Notes: generated by a model from the letters alone, not told the origin. A DNA stretch of 64,000 nucleotides from a virus (IMGVR_UViG_3300035497_000258:32001-96000); one strand, 5' to 3'; shown: positions 1 to 14,646, counted from the first letter of the stretch. Numbers and translations are program-made.

Positions 1-3000
1 ACAAGTAATGCTACCACCAGTTAATCCATTACTATTAATTGAAAAATCACCTATTGTACCATTAGATTTTGCAATTAATTCATAACAAGTAATAGTACCA
101 CTAGAATCTAATATCGTACTACCACCAGATAGGGTGGTTTGGCCTATACTCCATCCGCCAATCGTTCCTGACTTATTAGCGGTTAGAGATTCTGCTTCTA
201 CGGTACCCTTAACATCAACATTCTAAGCATATAATTTACCAGTATAATCTACATAAAATATTTCTTCGCCCGTTGTATCATTGCCATCTTCATCCTAATA
301 TGTATCGCCTTTAATACTAATAGCTTTAGTCGTATTTTTTATATCTTTAGCACGCAAAGTCATAACCATGCTGTTAGATTGACCCTTTGTTACTCCACCA
401 TAAATAACTGCACTATTACCATCAATATTTATTCTACCAGCATCGCTAGAGCCAAAAAACGCAGTTCCATCCTCCATTAAAGCGAAAGTTGTAACACCGC
501 TGCTATATCCATATAAACCTACTTTTTTCTGCCCGGTATCTTCTCCCATTATAACACCAGTAAACTTGTTGTCTGTACCTTTAGTACCAGCGCCAATCTA
601 AGGAGCAAGAATATAATTATTCGCATTATCTCCATCAGTACTAATAGAGATAGAAGTACCATCCCACCCATTAATAGCTTCATTGCCATAAGTATCAAGG
701 TACATAAATACCGTATGAATTACATAATCTGTAGTAGCATCTACATTGGCTGGTGATTTCAACTAGCATTTAAGAGTGCCTACTGTCGAATCTTCATAAT
801 AAAATTTAGAGGAAGGCTTAATATAATATTCATATCCAATTACTTTCTTATTTTCATCTAACACTTCACTCTTTTTTACTGTAATTAAAGAATCGTTAAA
901 TGATTTTATATTTCCTGTAATATCTGTACTAGTAACAGTCCCATCTGCATTAGTAACATTTAAATAAGCTAAAATACTACTACTGTAATATGAAGGATTA
1001 GCACCCGAAGAACTATATTTAACATAACTAGGTATCGAAGAAATATCAATCTACTTAGCACTATAATTATCACTTACTAATACATCAATAGGATAATAGC
1101 AATAAACATCTGTAGTTTTAGAAAGACTTATATTACTATTTGTTTCTGCTTCTTTCTCTTTAACAGAAACAGTTAATTTAACATAATAAGCTGAATTAGT
1201 CTCTGAATTAGTAAGTTTTAATCCGGCGACAGTAAGTTTCTTTTCGAATATATAATTTCCTTCTTCATCTTTCTTAGCGTTAGGATACCACAGATTATCA
1301 GTGCTTTCCCAGTTATAAGAAATATCATAATCAGTATTAGAATCTAAGTTAATTCTTTCTCCATCTTTATAAACATAGGCCATTAAATCTAAATTACTCT
1401 AAAATTTATTATTCTTATAGTGTAATGGCTTATAATCACTTAACTTTTTACCATCACCATCGCAAGGCCGCACCATAGCTACATAAGTAGTACCATTAGT
1501 TCCCTAATCACCATCTTTAACAAAAAGAATTTCTTTCTAAAAAGTATATTCCTTTTCATCTAAAGTAATAATTTTTAAAGTAATAGTATTATTTACATAA
1601 TTAACTCTATACTTCTATCTAATAGTATAATGCAAAATATTAGAACTGTCAATTCGCATATCCGTCATCATAGAATTAGAAGGCGTATAAGCTTCATCGC
1701 CTGCAACTAACTATTTACCATCAGGTCCATACCACTATGCTTTATAAGAAGTACCGTACCCATCTTTCCAAGCTAAGAAAATCTATAAAGTTCGTTCCTT
1801 TTCCGGATCTTCTGCCGTTGTTATACCTTTATCACTCGTAGTATAAATCTCACAAACATCACCATTAGAATCATAGCGATACGTATCAGTACCAGTATAA
1901 GTAATAGTTAAATCTTCTTGAGTTTCACTATTATATATCGTATGATAAAGACAACCAATAATCTCGGTTCCATCATAGCTATAAACTGAGCAAAAGAAAT
2001 CTAAATAGCTATAAGTTAAATAGTCTTTAATAACAATAGAATTAACAGAAGAACCAACTACCGTAGTTTCGCCATCTTCATTAGTCTACTTATGTCTACC
2101 TTCAACTAGAGTGTAACTTCCATCTGGTTTCCGCATATACCAGTCACCGACTAAGGTTTCATCATTTTTATTATTAGCAATAGAAAGCTAAATGTCATCC
2201 TACAACGTAGTTTGTTCTATGTCACAATCATACTCACTTAGATAATTTTCAACAGTTAAACTAGCCTCTGCGGTAATAGTACTATTATAAACTACTATTA
2301 ACTTATAATCTTGCTTATAAGGTACCTTAGACTTAGATAATTTAAGGGTGTTAAAATCAACAGTATCATCGTCTACTAATATCCAGCCTACACCTGCATC
2401 TTTATCATAATGCTCATCGCCTATTAGAACCGATAAATCTCTTTTATACCAATAACATTTACAGCTATCTTCTGTAATTAAAGACTAACCGGAATATAAT
2501 AATTTTCCTTCAAAATTTAATTCCGATACTTTATCTGTGAATATAGTTCCTTTGGGAGCAGAAATTTTTAAATAATATAAAGAATCCTCGGCTGATTGGA
2601 CATCAACATACTAGATTTTAATATCAGTAACTCTAATATTAGGTACAGAAGTCTAGTCTTGTTCGACTAAATCTACGGATAAGACATTATCATTATCATC
2701 TTTATTAACGACACTGGTCTTAGTCCTATCGTATTCAAAATTCTCCTAAAAGAACTTAATTGACTTTAAACCTAATAAGAAATTCTTCTATATCTGAACA
2801 ACAGCAGACTAGGTGGAAAAGTTATTATAGCTATAGGGGTCGCCTATAAAAGAGCTAAAATCTAAACGATAAGTTACTGTAGGTGTTTTACTATCCTCTT
2901 TAATCTACTCAAGAATTTCTTTATATTCTTCTGAATCTTTATCTTCAATCTGCGCGAGCTCGAGGTATTCTTCCTCTAGTTTCTCAAGAAAAGTTCTTTC

Positions 3001-3780
3001 ATCAGCTACTAGATCCGCATATTTTTTCTTCTCGGCGTAACTCATTAATACACTGCTTGCATTATTATAAGTCTCTATATCTGAATCACCTTTAGTAAAA
3101 AATACTAACTCTAATCCATAATTACCTTTAGTATGTGTATTCTAAAAAGCTGTCTAAAAAGAACCAGAAATCTACATATATTCATAATTATTAGCATATT
3201 GCTAAAATAAATTATGAAACCAATCAGTAGAATAGTTATCAGAACCTTCATAGATATATTTCTCTATTTTATCTAAAGGATAAGCTGCTATTACCTCTGC
3301 TTTCTTTTTATCTTTATCATCAGAAGAAAGAGAATCATCAGCATCAATTTGCGCGAGCGCTTGGTCTCTAGCGGCCTCAGACCTATCGCTTCCCGCAATT
3401 AATTCGTAAGTATCATCTGCTTTATAACTATAATAAGCATCCATATTAGGCCCTACTTCAATTATCGTGTTAGATAAAGAAGCTGTTTCTTGTTCTGATA
3501 AAGATTTACTAGTTACGGTGTTTTCTATTGTTTTCTTATTAGAAAAATCTCCGCCTGGGACTTTGACAAAAACTTTAGTTCCTACTTTATACTAATAACT
3601 TAAATCATTGGCATAAGCAGAAAATATATTACCATTATATTTAACTTTATACTCGCCAGTATCAAGATCAACTACTTTAGTAATCTCAGCCTGAATAGTT
3701 TTATCATATTCAAGATTTTTAATTGCATTTTGAAAAAATACATTCATGCCATCTAAAAAAGACTCATTAATACTACTCAT
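1..3780 (-). CDS. Large tail/baseplate-type structural protein (>1260 aa, runs off window), TAG=Gln
   Basis: Track ORFs 3592-3780, 3202-3444, 1051-1383 and 295-549 are in one frame and the track pieces end at TAG; RBS upstream of 3780; directly follows the tape measure gene. Confidence 0.75.
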
Positions 3781-3799
3781 GCTATCTCCTTTCTCTCAT

Positions 3800-3828
3800 A
3801 AGGGGAGAGGAATAGCCTCTCCCCTTTT
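3800..3828 (-). terminator. Intrinsic terminator-like hairpin after the tape measure gene
   Basis: AAGGGGAGAGG-aatag-CCTCTCCCCTT inverted repeat. Confidence 0.55.
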
Positions 3829-3831
3829 AGT

Positions 3832-6800
3832 TTATCTATTAATATTAACATATTGTATTGCTTCGTTGGTAAGATTCTTAAGAGCTTCTTCAATTTCATT
3901 AGAACTAGTAACATTAGGGAATGTAGCCTCAATATGTACTTGCTACTCTAATGTATTACCGCTAGTAGAAACAGAAGAAGTAGAATTAACCCGTGCGGCC
4001 ATTAGACCTAACCCCGCACTAGCCGTACTATCCAATGCTTCAACTATACTTTGAAGGACATTTGCGCCTAGGGAGCGAACAGCGGAAACCGCAGATAAGA
4101 TGTTGCTAGTATCCTCGGCATTCAGCACTAATTCTTTCTAGTGTAGAAGTGCTAATTTACCACCTTCAAAATCGCCAGTATATCCACCTGTATCGAACTT
4201 TGCATATTCTTTTCTATCTGCATAAGTGAAATAAGCTTGACCGTCTAGTACTTTATCTATATAATCCGTGATTGCGTCATCTTTACCATATTGATTTAAC
4301 AAATCTGTAATTTCATTATTAGATAATTCTGTATCTTTCCAGCCTTTATCCATTCTCATGTCTGCCCATTGACTATAAAGTTCACTGCTAGTGCTATAAT
4401 TAGCATCCTACCACGCTTCTAACATTTTAGTCGAATAATCATCAAAGAAATCTTGCGTAGTAACATTTACTATAGCTCCAGATACTTGCTAATAAGCATT
4501 AACTACATCATATAAAGTTTCAGCTAATTCTTTATAATGGTCTGTCTAAGCCTGAATAGAATTTAAATTAGCGTCCATACTATCAGTAGCTTCTTCTCCT
4601 GCTTTTTCAACTTTCTCAGTAGCCGCAGTAGTATCGTCGATCTACTTAGTTAAATCATCATAAGAAGTACCAGTATCTTTATTAACGTCAGTTATAGTAT
4701 TCTCATAACTCTAAGAAGCTTTTTCCATTTCTTCTATAGCTTTATTAAAAGCTTCATCAAAAGTAGTAGTACTACTAGTCATAGAACCTAAAGCTGTGCC
4801 GTAACTATTATCAAAGTTCTATATGGTAGTAGTACCAGCTTTGGTCATATCATTTATAGCCTTTTGTTTTTCTTCTTCTAAGTCCTTGATCTTCTGCGCA
4901 TAGTATTCACGAATTTCCGCAATCTAAGCTTCACGTTCATCAACAGTAAGAGATTCATCGGTATAAACCTCTTTAATTTTATCTGTCATTTCCTACCAAG
5001 TATCGATTATCTCGCCACTGACGTCTTTAACCTAGTCTTTAGCGATATTATAGTAATTATTAGCGGCATCCAAATAATCTTGATTAGCCGAGTCTATTTC
5101 ACTCTAATCGGCCGTATATTTATAAGTCCAGTTACCCTAATCATCGCGCATTAAGGCAAGAGAAGATTTATTGTTCTATGCTTCTTCTAATGCAATCTGC
5201 TTTAAAGTCATTTCATACTCAGCGTTCATAATATCTATATCATATTGAGATAACTTGTTATTCTAAGCTCGTAATTCACATTCATCTTTTAAAGCCTAAA
5301 GCGTGGCGGCGGCAGCTTTAGAGTTCGACTCATCTATAGAACTTTGAATCTTATTAGTAAGAGTTGTAACTTCATAAAGCTTATTAACTTCATCGAGATA
5401 ACGCTCATCTGTATCAATGAAATTATCATACTACATCTGTAGCAGCGTAAAGCCTTTATTACTAGTTAAAGCTTGCTCTAATTTATAAGCAGCTCGCTCA
5501 ACCGCATTTTCAAAGATAGCTTGAGCAGTCTCCATAGTCTCCTATGTAGCTTCAAGCATAGCTTCCTAAGTATCTTGGTATTCAGTAAGTAAAGCATCAT
5601 ACTGATTTTTAAGCATATCATAACTAGCATCAGCCTCATCTACACCAGCTAGATTAGCTTCCGCAGTAGCCAACATACTCTCTAAATCATCTAGCCATTC
5701 TTTCTACAGCTTAGCTTTTGCCCATGAAGCTTGCATTTTACTATTATAGGTGCTTTGAATGGCATCAAAACCCTAAGCAGTCTTTAGCGATACACCTTGA
5801 AGTGTCATAATTTCTTTAATGGTATCACTAATTGCGGAATTGTGGTCAAGAGTGTCAGTGAACTGCGAGAACCGCTCCGACGCTGCATCTAGGGCATCCG
5901 CAAACCCATTCTCAAATTCTTCGATAGAATCTAATATACTCTCGCCAGATGAGATTATTTCATCGAGAAGGTCATTCATCTAAGACCTAATTTCATCTTT
6001 ATTAGTATCTGTAGTTGCATTATTCCAAGCATCTATTAATTCACTAGCTTGACTTTCAAAAGTCTTGGACATCTCTGCTTCTGTACGAGCATTATCTGCT
6101 GCATAAGCCATAGAAGATAGTCCATGAGTTAAACTATCACCATAAGATTCTGCTATTGTCTTTTGGAAATCGCTATAAGCCTAAAGATTCTCTTTAGCAT
6201 CAAGCTTAATCTAAAGTTTATAATTTAAAGAAGTTAATATGCTATCTAATTTCTTTCTTGTATCATCTCTTATGCCGTCTGTTGTTTCTTTAATAACATC
6301 TAAAGTATCTTCATAATTACCTAGATAATCCTACGCATTACTATACCACTTTTTCATTGCATCTAGCTATGTCTTCGCATTATCTTGCTAATCCGCAGTC
6401 ATAGCATTATAAGAAGTCATAAAATCATTATACGTCTTTTTAATGTATTCTTGCACTTCATCGTAGTTAGTAATCTCATTTGTTTCAGAATCATACTTGA
6501 CGTCTAAACCGAGACCGGCTATTAATTTTTTATCGCTATCTAGGTAACCCTAAGCTTGTTCTAATTTCTTGTTATATAGGTCAATTTCATCATCTAGCTC
6601 TTCTTGGTATTGTTTATAATAAGCTAGTCTATCAGTGCCATAAGCACGTTCCGCATTTTCATCTATTAAATCAAGAAGGTCAGCTTGCTTTTCTAACTAG
6701 CGATTAATATCGTGATAGCGTTCTCCCGCCTCTGTCTTTAAATCTTCAACATCGGGATCTTTAGAAGAACCACTACCCGATCCGGAACCATTTTTACCTG

Positions 6801-9800
6801 AGCCAGAGCCAGAAGTTGCATTTTTTTGAGCGTTATCTAAAGCAGATGAAACAGACTATAATGCCGCAATACTTCCTGCGATTGAACCAGCATTTGCTTT
6901 CATATCGCTTAAAGTAGATTCAAGGCCACTTAAAGCTGTATTAGCAGTATCAAGTTTAGACTAATTAAGCTTATCTTGATTTAATTTAGCGGCCTATCCG
7001 GCTGCAGTGGGAGAAATACCATAAGCTCTACCATCCTATACTCCGCCAGAACTTGTAGACCCAGAAGAAGTACCGCTAGTACCGCTATAGCTTGAACCAG
7101 ATGAACTTTTAGAAGCAGTTGAGCTAGGAACAGTATTCTACGAAACAGCAGAGTGATCTGTGTATCCATTTCCTTCTGCAGCTTCATATGCAGCAGCCCA
7201 AGCCTAACCAACACTATTAGCAGCAGCGACAGCATCTACAGCATGAGCACCTGCAGCATTACTAGCAGAACTAAAAGCACTAGAAGCTGTATTACTTATA
7301 TCTATATAGTTATCAGAAACAGAATCAGTTAAACTACTCGAATTAGAATCAATATCAGAATTAGATTCATCATTAGCAGTAACAGAATCAATCCAAGCCT
7401 ATTTAGCATTTGCTAAAACACTCTATTGCTAAACGATTTGTGCGGCCGCCGAGTCTTCTGCATTTGTGCCAATGGCAGCTATATAAGCTTTATAGAGACT
7501 AATCATTACCTCTAATTCTGTTATATAAGCATTAAGTTTTTCTTGCTCGATTGTTAATTCGTTTATAGCTTCTTGTTTAGAAGCTTCTAGTTTAGACTGC
7601 TAACTATCTATAAAAGCATTAGCAACATTTGCATCACATTGAATCATACCATCTGTTGTAGCTTTGGCATTTTCAAACATTGCGCCATAGCCCTAATCGA
7701 TAAGATTTTCCATCTCATCTATGGTATATTTCCAATCTTCTTGAATTATATCTGTTAAACTCTCAAATTCTTTAGCTAGTCCTAAAGCATTACTTATATC
7801 AGTATCAAAATCTAGCTAGACCTAAGCTTCAATCTATATTTTAGTCTTTTCTAATTCTTTAATCTTTTTATCTAATTCATCAGTATTAGCTGTTAATGTT
7901 ACTTCTAATTCTTCTTTTTTATCTCTTAATTCTTTAGCTCTGTCAGTATCTCCTTCTTTTTCAGCCGCTTTAGCCTGAACTTCAAGAGTTTGTATCTCAC
8001 TCTATAAAGTCTAATTTTTAGCCCGAAGTTTTTCTCCTTCTTTTTCTATCTACTCTTGTTGATTCATTAAAGCTTTATAAGCATTAGCTTCTTCTTGCTC
8101 GGCAATGTCTCTTAAAGCCTAAAGATACTCATGAGAATTTTTATCCTAAATATCTCCAAGCTAAGTATATTTTTCAGCTATTAAATCAAGATTAGCAATT
8201 TGCTCACTATCTAAATCTTCATAACTATCGCCTTCCGCAAAACTACTTAATGCACTCTAAATATTAGAAGCATTTTGACTTGCTGTATCATAATCATAAG
8301 AAATAGAATTACTACCATATTTAACCGAGCTCAACTTATTTAGAACTTCATCTAAAGAATCCATTCCTTCGACATCAATAGTAGCTAAAATTTCCCAATC
8401 TTCAGCAGATAAAAATCTTAATTTACCTTCTAAGCCATTTTCACCGAAAGCATCAATTAACTTTTCTTTAACGCCCTGTACTGTATTTTGAGCGTTCTAT
8501 TCAAACTCTTCTAAACTTATACCAGCAGCTTCTAAATAATTAGTTAAATCTTCTGTAATATACTAAGAATAACCAACGCCTTGACCAATAGCATTATATA
8601 TATTAGCAGTGGTAGCTTTTAAAGAATCCTATTCAACAACAGGTTTTACATAAACTTCTAAATATTCTTCTTCATCATTATCTACCATCGCCATTCTAGC
8701 TTGCTTTAGAGTATCCTAAGCACTAGCTATATCTTCTGCATTATAGGCAAGAGGATTATCAGCATAATACTGCAAAAGGGCAGTATAATTTTCTTCGAGC
8801 TATTCATAATCCTCTTGATTTGCAGAAACGAAATCGGCTTGAGCCTATTCCGCCTAATTTAAAAGAGCTTCATAAGTTTTATAAATCTATTTAGCTTTTT
8901 TGTCGTCCTCGTCAACGCTGTCTAAATAAGCCTAATTTCTAGCTAAATAATTCTCAGCATCTTCTTTCGTATTACCATAAGTAGTTCTGTCTCTACCTTC
9001 GGTTAAATTTTTATAAGCTTTATCCTTTTGAGCTAAGAATGTCTCTGCTTGTGTTTTTTGCTTTTCAGCAGTTAATCTTTCCTATAAGGCTATTTGTCTT
9101 TCAAGAGAAGCTTCTTCAAGCTATAAAGTTCTTAATTCTTCAGCGTCAGTAAGAGAAATAGTATCTTGAGAATTAATTTCTTCAATCCTACTTTTAGTTT
9201 CTTCTAAGCTAGAATTTAAATCATCTAATTTAGATTTTTCTTCATCATATGCAGAATTAGCATCACTAATAGCATCTGCTGCTTCTTCTTGCGTTGTTGT
9301 AAGCGCATCAACGAGCTTTACTGCCCCATATATAGCTGCTACAACAGTACCTATTATAGCGAGTTCTAAAAGTAAAGTCTTTACTAAAGATTTAGAAGCA
9401 GTATCAAGCAATTTTGTAGCTACAGTTCCTAATCCTTTAGCTATAACATTTTTAGATTGAGCCATTGTATCAAGCTCAACAAAAGCGGCAACAAGTTTCT
9501 CACTCTAAAGCAACCCTGCATTTGCAGCCTAAAGCGTAGTATAACCTGTAACAAGAGTAGGAATTACCATACCTAAAGCAGCTAATCCCTAAGTCAATCG
9601 TTCTGTAAATGTTAAATCTTTATCTGTAAAAACATTAACGAGTGTTTTCATACTCTAAATAGCCATGCCTAATGACATAAGCTAATTAGCAACAGAAACA
9701 GTCCTAGCAGCCCAATCTTTCTAACGATTTATGATGCCTTCTAACGTAGCACCAAAACCTTCATATTTTCTAGTGGCTTCATCTGTAACGATAGCAGCAT

Positions 9801-12800
9801 TATTCTAAGCTGTTATATAATTCTAAGTAGAATCTGCTAAAGCATCAAGAGAAGCTCTTAACTGTTGAACTACTTCACTATCATTGCCCAATTTTTCTGC
9901 TAATTGATTAACAATAGAATTAAGATTATTTATATTTCTTTCTGTATCGACAGTAGCCTGTGAAAGCTAATTAAGAACCTGACTAGAATCCTTTAAACTA
10001 ACATTAACTCTATTTAAGCCTACATTATTTAACTATTCTTGTAAATATTTTAATGTATTCTAATATTGTTCAGTTTTCTATTCAGCTTCTGTGGTATTTT
10101 CAGTTAATTCTTTATATATAGCAGTTACAGATTTTAGTTGTGCGGCTTGAGTATAAACATTCTAGTAAGCAGCAGCCAATTTCTACGAACCAGTTGCAGC
10201 TTCGCTAAGATTAGCACTCTTAGAATAATAATTTGTTACTATTGTCTAAGCTTTTTCTAAAGTTAAATTCAACTACCCAATATCCTAGACTTGTTGATTT
10301 ATTGCGGTCTAAGACTCATTAGCAGTAGTTGTAAGCTACTCTCCTAAAGAAATTAAATTTAAAACAGCATTTTTTTCATTAGTAGCAGCTTTAACCTAAG
10401 ATTCATCCATTTGTTTAGATAATTCATATATCTAATTTTCCATCTGGACTTTCTTAGCCAATGTTTGTATTTCAGCATCATTAGTAGTTGCTGCCATAGT
10501 AGCTGCCATATCCGCGGCTAGTGATCTAAACTGCTTATCTTCTTCAGCAGCTAAACCAGTTAATTGCTTAATATTATACTGCGCATCCCGCAGACCTTGT
10601 GCGATTTGATCCTTAAAGAGTGTAGTGGCAGCATATCCGAGTGTTATCATTACTCCCTTTAACCCGCCCATAGCATCAGCTACATCAGCTATGCGATTTA
10701 AAACAGGAGTGACAACATTATCCAATCCGATAAATGTATCAGCATTAATTAAGCTATCATAAATATTTTCTGCGGCCGCCCGTACTCTGTCGCGCGCAGC
10801 CTCCCAGGATTCCGCATAAATGTCTGCTTGCTCTTGAAGCGTTCCTTCTGACCCATAAGCAGTATCAAGGTTTTCTTTAAAAGTGTCATAGTTGTTCATC
10901 AACGCCATGAACTGAGTGTACTATCTAACCATTTAACCCTCTTTATTTCTAAAGAGGATAGACTATATCTTCTTTTCTTTTATAAGAAAAGTCTCCCATT
11001 TCGCTCCGGTAAAAGAGCTACGTCTTTCGACTAGTCGTTGAACTTTATTCTTTATTCATACTTCCAAATATACCCATGATGGGTTTTTTTCTTTCCATTG
11101 CATACATTAGATATTAAATTTGGCAAACAACCCTCATTTTGTCTAGCTGCTTCTGCACAGCTAGGATATATATCTATTAATTCTCCTTGCAAGGTATATT
11201 TACCAACTTTTTTAGCACTTTTATTTAATCCAGTTTGATAGGCATGAACAGAATTCTCTCCGTTCGTTATTTGTTCTAAATTTTCAACCTGATTGTTAGT
11301 TTTATTCCCATCTTTATGGTTAATTACCAAATCTTCTTCTAAAGTACCATTAAATAAACTATAAACAATTCTATGAGCTAATCTACTTATTTTTCTTCCC
11401 TCAATAGAAAAACACCATTCAACGTATCCATCTTTAGTTATTTTTCCCTTTAAAAGATTATTAGTTTTATTACTTTTTGCCCTACCTTTGTTTGAAATCA
11501 TATAAACTGTATCTTTATAAGGTAACCAGATTTCGCCTTCTAAATCACCAGTATATTTAACTCTAGCTTTAACACCATTTGAGCGTTCCTTTAAACCAAT
11601 ATTATAAGCATGATAATTATTTTCACTAATTGTTACCCATTCAAGATTATCAATATTATTATTTAATTTATTTCCATCTTTATGATTCACCACAGGTAAT
11701 TTTTTAGGATTAGGAATAAAATATTCTGCCACTAATCTATGTGCTAAAAATTCATATCTTTTATTTTTATGCCGTAGGCTATATTTCAAATATCCCCCTG
11801 AAATACTTCCCTTTAGCCAATTATTTGTTTTTTGATTAAATAATTTACCATTGTCAGTAATAAAGTATGTAGTTAATTCGTCATTAATTAAAATTTGTTT
11901 CATATATCTCTCCTTTTATTAAATATATATGAATAAAGAATCTTAGCTGCGGATTGTCCATATACCTTTAATCTTTTTACCATACCTTCTACATTACTAG
12001 TCGCCACTAATCAAGTTATTTATTCCTTATTAATTTGGTAATTAAAGCTTTAGGAGTTCCCCGCAATTAGAGAGATTTTAAGCGAGCATTAATAGTCTAC
12101 CCGCTACAGCTTCGGAGAGGGCAATTTGCTCGTCTTGCGCAAGTGTACCCCACTTTTCGCCTATTTCATCTAGGATAGTATCCATCTACTTGAGTTCGCC
12201 ATTACTATCCTTGATATTTACTCCAACAGCCTAGAGTGCTTGTGAATATGAACCTAAAGTAGTTCCATCGTCGAGCGTTTCCCCGAGTTCAAGATCTTGA
12301 ATTCTCGCAAAGAGTGTCTTAACTTAAATATTCTAATAAGTGCGCAACTACTTATTACGTTCTTTTATGAACTGCTTGTAGTTTCCTACAAGAATAGACC
12401 ATATCTTAACCTATTTGGCATATTTAGGTAAAAATCATTTCTTCCGCCATTAGCTTGCGGCTTTACTCCCCTTAGCGGAGATGGTCGTTGAACTTAAAAA
12501 GGTAATATGTCTAAATTAAGGAATTTTCCTTTTCTATAAATTAACTCATATAAAGGAATGTTATATTCTTTACAATAAGCTCTTTTTCTTTCGTCTCTTT
12601 CTTGTATTATCTCTAAAGAGTCTCTAAATATTTCTCGCTCTTCAAAGTGCTATTCACCCTATACTTCTATATAGCATCTTAGCTTACCATCCTCGTATAC
12701 ACCGAAGTCGAATTTCTAAGTACCTAGTTCTGGGACTTTGACTTGCTCTTGAAATTCAATATTTCTATCCTTAAGATAATGAGCAATAAAAGTCTCACCC

Positions 12801-14543
12801 TTCGACTTCCATCTATCACAACTAGGACAGCCCCTAGAAGCCATGAGACTAATCTAATCTGCTTTAAAGATTAAACCGCACTTTAAACATTTATAAGTAT
12901 TTTTCTTTAACTAACCATTATATGTTAATAACTAAATAGTTCCATAAAACTCATTATCTATTCTTTCTTGGACTTCTTTTAAAGAAAGCATATTAGCTTG
13001 TTTTGAAGTATCACAATACTTACAAGCAAATGGACTCTATAAGCAAGCTTGAATATTTCTTTCTATATCATTCCCGCAGGCTTTATGATGAACTATCACG
13101 TTATCTTTATCTATCTTTCTTACTAGTTCAAAATCATTATTATTCTCATATATTCTTTGTATCCTTTGAAGCTTAGTAAGACCTTCTTCTCTGCAACATT
13201 TATAATTCTTTAAAAAATTATTTGCAGATTTTTTATAATGTTCTTTCCCACAATAACAACACTTTAAAGTTGCTGGTCTAGTAATAGCAGTATATTCTAG
13301 TACTTCAATTTTCTATTCTGGAAAAGAATCATAAAATCTCTTTAAAAATTCCTCTTTATCTACTCGTTTAGACATTTTTCTTTCTCCTTATTAAGTGCTG
13401 GTTGTCCATTCTCGGCCACTTAGGTTTATGCCGAACCATATGGTCATCCGCTTACTTATTTCTGCTTTCGCTCTTTAACTTAATTATAAGAAAGAAGATA
13501 AATTAAGTCAAGCTAAGCGGCTTTAGGAGTTTCCAGCTTTTAGATTTTCTTTATGCCCTTAAAATCAAGGCAGTACCGACAACATCCGCGCTCTATCTTG
13601 TTTCAGCGACAACAGTAGCTAAAGCAGAAGTAGCATATTCATAACTCAATCCAACTGTTGTAGCGACAGATGCAAATTTACTTAAACCTTCTGAAATTTC
13701 TGCGGAACTCGATGCTGTAGAGGCACCTAAGGCCGTGATAACATCCGCATAGTATTCTAGGTTGTCAGAGCCTTCCGCAAAGTTATTCCAAATAGCAGTT
13801 AATTGCTCTGAAACGGTTTCCGCAGATTGACTGGTCACATTAGCAAGTTTGACAGTTGCTTCAGTACGAGCCTGCACGGCCTCGTCGTCGAGACCTTGCT
13901 GGTAATAGATCAAGCTCGCGTCGGTATAATTCGTGGTTGTTGTGTTCAATGCAGCTGCCGCTTTATTCGCCGCAGAAGCATAAGCTTCCATTTCTTCTGT
14001 AGACTTGCTTGTAACTATTCTTATATTTGTTAAAGACTCATTTAAGTCTTGTGCATATCCATATGCAGTAGAAAGTGCACTCATAAAACCATGCAGAGCG
14101 CTAGAAGTTAACTGCCAACGCGCAGTATTCTTCATAGTTACCCACATCTCAGAAAGTAGAGCGTTAGAGCGCTTCATGGGTAACTCAGCTTGGGAAATCG
14201 CACTAGCTACTTGTAAGAAAGCCTTCTTACCTTCCGGGCCTACAGCACTTAATTTAGTAGCATAACTTTCAAGAGCAGTTTTACTATCTCCTAAAGACTC
14301 CCTAAATTTAGATAAATCTAGCTAGCCAGTTTTAACATTAGTGGCTTCAACTAATTTTAGCTATAGCTCCTAAGCCGCTGTTGCAGCTTCTTCTATGTCT
14401 TTGGTAAAGGCGTCCCCAAATTTGGCTTTAGAAAAATCATAAGTAGCAATCTTCTCTAAAGAGGTTTGTACTTCTTTTAATTTAGCATTTAGCTAAGCAG
14501 TATCTGCACTAAATGCAATTTCATAATTTAATCTTTTAGCCAT
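3832..14543 (-). CDS. Tape measure protein, spliced (exons 14543-13568, 12322-12099, 10929-3832; 2765 aa), TAG=Gln
   Basis: TMP-like N-terminal motifs (AYGYAQDLNESLTNIRIVT; splicing restores VGTAFKTLFARI and AVAGVRQYTQFMALM); long Ala/Gln/Glu-rich helical body; C-terminal FDTGGYTG motif; exon total 8298 nt is a multiple of 3. Confidence 0.9.
10930..12098 (-). ncRNA. Group I intron in tape measure gene (carries HNH ORF)
   Basis: Exon ends in U (GCGGGT), intron ends in G; core elements on minus strand: Q ACAATCCGCAGC, R TTCAACGACTA, S AAGATATAGTC. Confidence 0.92.
11052..11903 (-). CDS. Intron-encoded HNH homing endonuclease (two HNH domains plus C-terminal NUMOD1-like domain)
   Basis: AHRLVA...VNHKDGNKLNN..NLEW and AHRIV...INHKDGNKTNN..NLE motifs; C-terminal YPSCAEAAR...ISNVCNGK..THHGYIWKY; lies between the Q and R elements of the intron. 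Confidence 0.92.
   Translation of the reverse strand: MKQILINDELTTYFITDNGKLFNQKTNNWLKGSISGGYLKYSLRHKNKRYEFLAHRLVAEYFIPNPKKLPVVNHKDGNKLNNNIDNLEWVTISENNYHAYNIGLKERSNGVKARVKYTGDLEGEIWLPYKDTVYMISNKGRAKSNKTNNLLKGKITKDGYVEWCFSIEGRKISRLAHRIVYSLFNGTLEEDLVINHKDGNKTNNQVENLEQITNGENSVHAYQTGLNKSAKKVGKYTLQGELIDIYPSCAEAARQNEGCLPNLISNVCNGKKKTHHGYIWKYE
12323..13567 (-). ncRNA. Group I intron in tape measure gene (carries PD-(D/E)XK/Vsr-like endonuclease ORF)
   Basis: Splicing joins GCC T to TT AAG, giving A-F-K; R TTCAACGACCA and S AAGATATGGTC covary in P7; terminal G. Confidence 0.9.
12494..13375 (-). CDS. Intron-encoded Zn-ribbon plus PD-(D/E)XK (Vsr/DUF559-like) putative homing endonuclease, 293 aa, TAG=Gln
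   Basis: Missing from the ORF track; with TAG=Q it reads MSKRVDKEEFLKRF...CLKCG...GCPSC..SKGETFIAHYL...KFDFGV...YIEVQGEQHF...RDERKRAYCKENNIPLYEL; AGGAG RBS. Confidence 0.85.
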
Positions 14544-14573
14544 ATTTTCTCCTTTCTCTCCTATATAAAAATA

Positions 14574-14607
14574 AAAAGCCTTTGAGAACTTAATCTCAAA
14601 GGCTTTA
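14574..14607 (-). terminator. Terminator-like hairpin
   Basis: AAAGCCTTTGAGA-n-TCTCAAAGGCTTT followed by a T-run on the minus strand. Confidence 0.55.
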
Positions 14608-14646
14608 ATTCTCTATTATTATTAAATTTTTTTTTGATATAATGAA

